Positions 59,448-64,000 of a DNA stretch of 64,000 nt are shown here, piece by piece. Each line of letters starts with the position of its first letter. Within the stretch, counting starts at the first letter, position 1. A model generated the notes under the pieces. It searched no databases. It saw only the letters and a program-made list of their open reading frames with translations, and was not told the origin of the DNA. The stretch spans positions 2,464,001 to 2,528,000 of the forward strand of contig OZ252244.1 in assembly GCA_965249575.1 (NCBI GenBank), given 5' to 3'. Position numbers and translations under genes: made by a program. This DNA is from Gemmatimonadales bacterium (lineage in GTDB: Bacteria; Gemmatimonadota; Gemmatimonadetes; Gemmatimonadales; GWC2-71-9).

Positions 59448-61115
59448 CGGCACCACCCGTCGTGGTGCAGCAACCAGCGGAGAGGATTTGCGTTGGAACT
59501 CGCCGGCTGAACTGAACCGCTGGCTGCTGGACTGCCTGGATGCCGTCGCCGGGCTGTCTCGCAGCCACGGCGACCTGACTCGGGAGCCCGACCCCGCCAT
59601 GATTTGCGCGGCGGTCACGCCTGCGCTCAGGCAGTTCGCGAGCTTCCGAGTTCTCGGGTTCTGGACCGTGGATGACCAATCTCACGAATTCGAGGCGGCG
59701 TACCTCGAGGCCCCCGGAAAAGAACATCGGCTCCTAGAGGAGCTGGACGCGCAGGTTGACAAGGGGACGTTCGGGTGGGCGCTCAAACAGAATCGTCCAC
59801 TCATTGTTCCGGCAGGGACGTTCGGCAAGCGGGTCATGATGCACGTGCTGGCCACGCAATCCCGCGTGCTGGGGATGTTCCTCGGCGTGCTGGGTACCAG
59901 TCAGCACCACGTTCCGGAGGCATCGCAGAAGCTCATATCCATCGTGCTCTTCAACTGCGCCAGCATGTTGGAGAGCACGATGCTCTATCGGTCCCTGAAC
60001 GAATACACGGCCAACCTGGAAGACTTGGTCCGCGAACGGACTCGAGATCTGGAGAGCGCGAAGGAAGAGGCGCAGGCGGCCAATCAGGTCAAGAGCCAAT
60101 TCCTGGCGATGATGAGTCACGAGATACGCACGCCGTTGAACGGTGTGATCGGCATGACGAATCTGCTACTGGATACCGGACTCGACGACCGGCAGCGTGA
60201 ATGCGCGCAGACGATCCGGTCGTCTGGCGACGCCTTGCTCAACATCATCTCCGATATTCTGGATTTCTCGAAGATCGAGGCGAAGAAGTTGGAGCTCGAG
60301 CGCATCGATTTCGCGCTGCGGGACACGTTCGAGGACGCGTTGGACCTACTGGCGACCCGTGCAGCCGAAAAAGGGGTCGAGCTCTCTCTGCTCCAATTCG
60401 GAGATCTTCCCGCTGTCGTGGCGGGAGATCCGGGACGCCTGCGCCAAATCCTCCTCAACCTGATCGGCAATGCCCTCAAGTTCACGGAGCGCGGGGGGGG
60501 TAACGGTGAAGCTCCGAGTCGCGGAAGAAATCGGGGAAGAGATCCAGCTGCGCGTCGAGGTTCAAGACACCGGGGTGGGAATGCCCCCCGAGGTCCAGCG
60601 GCGGCTCTTCACGCCATTTACCCAGGCCGATAGCTCGACGACCAGGCAGTACGGCGGCACGGGGTTGGGGCTGGCCATCAGCAAGCGCCTCGCGGAAATG
60701 ATGGGGGGTGAGATCGGCGTCGACAGCCAAGTGGGGATTGGTAGCACGTTTTGGTTCACCGTACAACCCGGTGAATCAGCGTGTTGCCGTGTGGATGCTG
60801 GAAAAGAACGCCTGTGCCGTTGACGTAGCGAGCAACGGAAAGGAGGCGGTGGAGGCCTTCGGGTCGGCGAGGTACGATCTGGTCTTCATGGACTGTCAGA
60901 TGCCCGAGATGGACGGCTATGAAGCAACTGCGGCCATCCGGCGTTTGGAACAGGGCCGTAGCCCCACGCCCATCGTCGCCATGACCGCGAGCGCCATGTC
61001 GGGCGATCGTGAGAAGTGCCTCGAGGCCGGGATGGATGATTACATGTCGAAGCCCGCGAAGGCGGAGGAGGTCGCCGCGATGATCGAGAAGTGGGCGGGT
61101 GCGCGGGCCGGGTAG
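59444..61115 (+). pseudogene. Hybrid histidine kinase/response regulator, frameshifted and internally deleted
   Basis: [20 protein letters not shown]; shift at G8 60493-60500; GGTGLGL; FWFTV joined out of frame to NPVNQ...MDCQMPEMDG. Confidence 0.85.
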
Positions 61116-61199
61116 CCGGCGGTTTGGCCAATCCCGCGTCGGACGTGAGCGAGCCGTCATTGCGGACGGATTCTGGCGGGCTTCTTTCGGCTCATCGGC

Positions 61200-61500
61200 C
61201 AAGGACTCGCGGCGACGGCCCTGACGTTCGTTCTCCGCGGATGACTCACGAATGCCCTCGTCCGGTGTGCCCGAGCCCTCGAGCGACCTTGGATCGGTGA
61301 GATTCGGCCCGTAGCGGTCCCCTCACCCGGAGGGCCGTGGCAGTTTGCACAGGTTGCCTCGCGAAACACCTACACGCCGCAGGCGATCAACGAGTCGCTC
61401 TGTCCGAGGGCCGCTCGACAGTCTGGGCGTCGGCCCCTGATAGACGGCACAGCAGGATGATGAGTGCCGCTAGGTGCGCAGTGCAGGCAGCCACGGAGAG
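61200..61500 (-). pseudogene. Cytochrome c remnant
   Basis: Signal-like AALIILLC..ADAQ, stop, VFREATCANCHG, then frameshifted GPNLTDP; boundaries approximate. Confidence 0.6.
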
Positions 61501-61671
61501 TTTCGGCTGGTGGGACCTAATGGTTCCAGGCGAGCGTCGCAGGCCGTGTGAGTCGACAGCGGATTCGAAGGATCAAACCGCGGCACTCATCTTGCGGGCA
61601 GAGCTGGTAGCGACTCAAAAACCGGCAATTGGCAGCGGCTCGATGCGCTCGACGCCGCCGAAAGGCAAGAA

Positions 61672-61869
61672 ATGACTAAACCAGCGGTCGAGCGCCGAAA
61701 GGCCAAACGCCGAAAGGGTCCCCGCCGGAATCCGAAGGACCGCCGGGCCACCGAGCGTCGGGTCAAGGACGAGCCGGTCGCGATCGACCGGCGAAGCGGC
61801 CAACGGCGTCAGAAAGCCACACGAGCCGGCCGCGACCGGAGGCTCAGCGACGACCGCCGGAAGAGCTAG
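61672..61869 (+). CDS. Small Arg/Lys-rich protein with (D/E)RR repeats
   Basis: 65 aa; followed by a hairpin. Confidence 0.55.
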   Translation: MTKPAVERRKAKRRKGPRRNPKDRRATERRVKDEPVAIDRRSGQRRQKATRAGRDRRLSDDRRKS

Positions 61870-61907
61870 ACCACTCCATTCGGTGTCCCGCAACATCTCC
61901 CCACTCA

Positions 61908-61950
61908 CGGCTGCGGCTCAGGTAAAAGGGCTGCAGCCGCCTTCCTTCTT
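61908..61950 (+). terminator. Hairpin between convergent genes
   Basis: cggctgcggctc/gggctgcagccg stem then a pyrimidine tract. Confidence 0.5.
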
Positions 61951-62000
61951 GTGACTTTGTAGATTTGCGCCGTGGGGTCAGTCCAAACGCTCGGCAGACA

Positions 62001-63449
62001 TCAACGCGTAACGTGTTTCAACCTTGCGCCTGCTTTGAGCGCGGTTGTGGGCTCCACCTGGTTGATGAGGGCGAGGTCAACGAGCGGAAGGTCGGAAGGG
62101 TAGCGGCGTACGAACTCTCGAAAAAGCATACCTCGGTCAAGCGTTTCAATTCGGATTCGGTACGGTTGAACGCCGAGCGCCGCGCGGTCGGTCAGACGGT
62201 CAAAGCTCTCCATCGAGCGGATTGCGTCGGAGCGGTGGCGAGACCAGCCGGACGTCGTGCCGTATCCCAATAGTTGGTACGTATTGTTACCGAGGCCGAC
62301 GAAGGCGACAGTACCGACGAGGGTCCCTTGTTCCGTCACGGCCTGGAACCCGGCGGTGACGGCCGGCAGTCGATTGATTTGCGTTCGCCTGGGCTGGTCA
62401 CCGGTCACACCTTGCTGCGCGAAGAAGGCGCCCGCCGCGTCCTCCGGTGTGGACTCTTGTGCGATGGTCAGCTGAACCATTGCATCCTGGTCGGGGCTTG
62501 CCGCGAGGACTGCCTGTCGCTGATTCGCTGTCTGCCACCCACTGGGAAACTGAATCTCGAATCGCAGTTCCGGGTGCAGGAAACGCGCCTCCTCGAAGAA
62601 CCCCTGCCGCGGGTCCTCGCCGTACACCATCCCGTCGAGTCGCGACAGATAGGACGCCTCTCCTGTGACGCGACCTGCGAAGTCGTCGCGGAGCCCCGCG
62701 ATCGCCTCTTCGATTCGTTCGGCCCGGCCCGCGGGGTTGGGATGGGTGGACAGCCACTCGGGGACCCGCCCTCCCCCCTTCCCCTGGCTCACCCGGTCGA
62801 GCAATCGAAACACGTCGACCATGGGCCGCGGATCGTACTCGAGCCGTCGTACGTATCGAAGGCCAAGATCGTCCGCCTGGCGCTCGTCGTCCCGACCAAA
62901 CTTCAAGAACAACAGCTGCATACTCGCGCCGGCGAGACCTCCGAACCGCTGAAACTGCTCCGGAGCCAGAATGGCACCTGCCACGAGCCCGACTTGGGCG
63001 AGCTGCGCTCTGCTCATCTGTTCGACTGAATGTCGTGCTGTCACGTGACCGATTTCGTGTCCGACCACCGCTGCCAGTTGCGCCTCGGAGTTGAAGTGCG
63101 CCATGATGCCGCGAGTGATGTAGATGAACCCTCCCGGTACGGCAAACGCGTTGACGACCGGATCGTCGACAACGCGGAAGGTCCATGGAAGGCTGGGCCG
63201 CTCCGAGACTGCGGCCATTCGGGCCCCCAGGGACTGGAGATAGGCCTGGAGGGAGGGGTCGTCATAAAGGCCAAGCGACGCGACGATGCCGCCGTCGGCC
63301 TCGAGACCCATCTGGATCTCCTGTCCCTCGCCGATCAACACGAGTTGGCGCTCGCCGGTCGCCGGATTCGTGGCACAGCTAGCAAACAAGACAACGCTTG
63401 TGACGGAAAGGGACCGCAGGGCTGGTCGAATGTGCACTCGGTGGATCAT
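62001..63449 (-). CDS. M48 family metalloprotease lipoprotein (BepA-like)
   Basis: FASCATNPATG lipobox, NAFAVPGG, HEIGH, ERQAD, STHP. Confidence 0.9.
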   Translation of the reverse strand: MIHRVHIRPALRSLSVTSVVLFASCATNPATGERQLVLIGEGQEIQMGLEADGGIVASLGLYDDPSLQAYLQSLGARMAAVSERPSLPWTFRVVDDPVVNAFAVPGGFIYITRGIMAHFNSEAQLAAVVGHEIGHVTARHSVEQMSRAQLAQVGLVAGAILAPEQFQRFGGLAGASMQLLFLKFGRDDERQADDLGLRYVRRLEYDPRPMVDVFRLLDRVSQGKGGGRVPEWLSTHPNPAGRAERIEEAIAGLRDDFAGRVTGEASYLSRLDGMVYGEDPRQGFFEEARFLHPELRFEIQFPSGWQTANQRQAVLAASPDQDAMVQLTIAQESTPEDAAGAFFAQQGVTGDQPRRTQINRLPAVTAGFQAVTEQGTLVGTVAFVGLGNNTYQLLGYGTTSGWSRHRSDAIRSMESFDRLTDRAALGVQPYRIRIETLDRGMLFREFVRRYPSDLPLVDLALINQVEPTTALKAGARLKHVTR

Positions 63450-63715
63450 GAGACACCCATTACCGGTTTCGTGATGGTGCACCCGAACGCACGAAGTATA
63501 CCGCGAAATCCGAGGACGTCGTACGCGACGGCGCAGCGATTGGGTCCTCTCACTGACGGGTCACGCCGCCAACCTGCCTCCGCCGCGTTTCAAGCTTCGT
63601 AGCTGACGGCCGATCGGCAATCCGTTCTGAACCCTGACTTGCCGAAATGAAACGCGGCCATGTTTCGTTTGTGGTCAAAACAGCCGGAACTCACTGCAAA
63701 AAGGGGGGGTGCGGT

Positions 63716-63731
63716 TGGCATGGTGGTTGCT
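63716..63731 (+). promoter_or_regulatory. Sigma54 -24/-12 promoter
   Basis: TGGCATGGTGGTTGCT matches GG-N10-GC. Confidence 0.65.
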
Positions 63732-63778
63732 TTTCATACCGGACGTCAATCGCATCTACTCCTCTTTCGGAGGTACCC

Positions 63779-64000
63779 GTGTCTGCTATTCTCGAGATGC
63801 TGTCGAACCAGATCGGTGCTGACGGCGTCCGGAAAATCGGCCAGTCCATTGGAGCGGACGAAGCCAGTACCGGCAAGGCCGTCGGTGCGGCTCTGCCGCT
63901 GCTGCTGGGCGCGCTTGCGCGAAACTCCCAATCGCCCGAGGGCGCGCAAGCCCTGCACGGGGCGGTGAGCCGCGATCACGATGGTGGGATTCTCGACAAT
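63779..64000 (+). CDS. DUF937-like protein, 3' partial (not in ORF track)
   Basis: GGAGG RBS; MSAILEMLSNQIG...AALPLLLGALARNSQSPEGAQALHGAVSRDHDGGILD. Confidence 0.8.
   Translation, partial: MSAILEMLSNQIGADGVRKIGQSIGADEASTGKAVGAALPLLLGALARNSQSPEGAQALHGAVSRDHDGGILDN

Noticed and set aside
61459..61591. 12-bp inverted repeat (gatgagtgccgc / gcggcactcatc) enclosing small hairpins, as a retron or MITE
   Set aside because: One such match is plausible by chance in GC-rich DNA; one arm lies in the cytochrome remnant; no RT or target-site duplication
1..64000. CRISPR array, tRNA, rRNA, transposase, integrase or prophage genes
   Set aside because: No spaced repeats, cloverleafs or matching protein motifs were seen by eye

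Overview
GC-rich bacterial chromosomal segment made mostly of housekeeping genes. Gene content and order suggest Gemmatimonadota (inference only, no search run). It holds a lipA-pdhABC-lpdA-lipB cluster, thiO, two glycosyltransferases, a hybrid kinase, a decaying peptide ABC transporter, gcvH-gcvP plus a lipoyl ligase, coaE, HU, a degenerate DEAD-box/DbpA protein, DmpA, AspAT, a herA-X-sbcD(mre11)-sbcC(rad50)-GNAT operon, a GCS2-CBS ligase plus AstE/AspA hydrolase pair, folE, fadD, ligA, arsC, nfeD-floA and an M48 protease. Features read directly from the sequence and missing from the ORF track: a rod-shaped 6S-like RNA with its own promoter and terminator, an FmdB zinc-ribbon gene, a probable CTG start for ligA, sigma70/sigma28/sigma54-type promoters, and several gene remnants with internal deletions (oppB/oppC, amidohydrolase, HDOD, hybrid kinase, possibly a gene before herA). 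No rRNA, tRNA, CRISPR array or mobile element was seen. All product calls come from motif recognition by eye.
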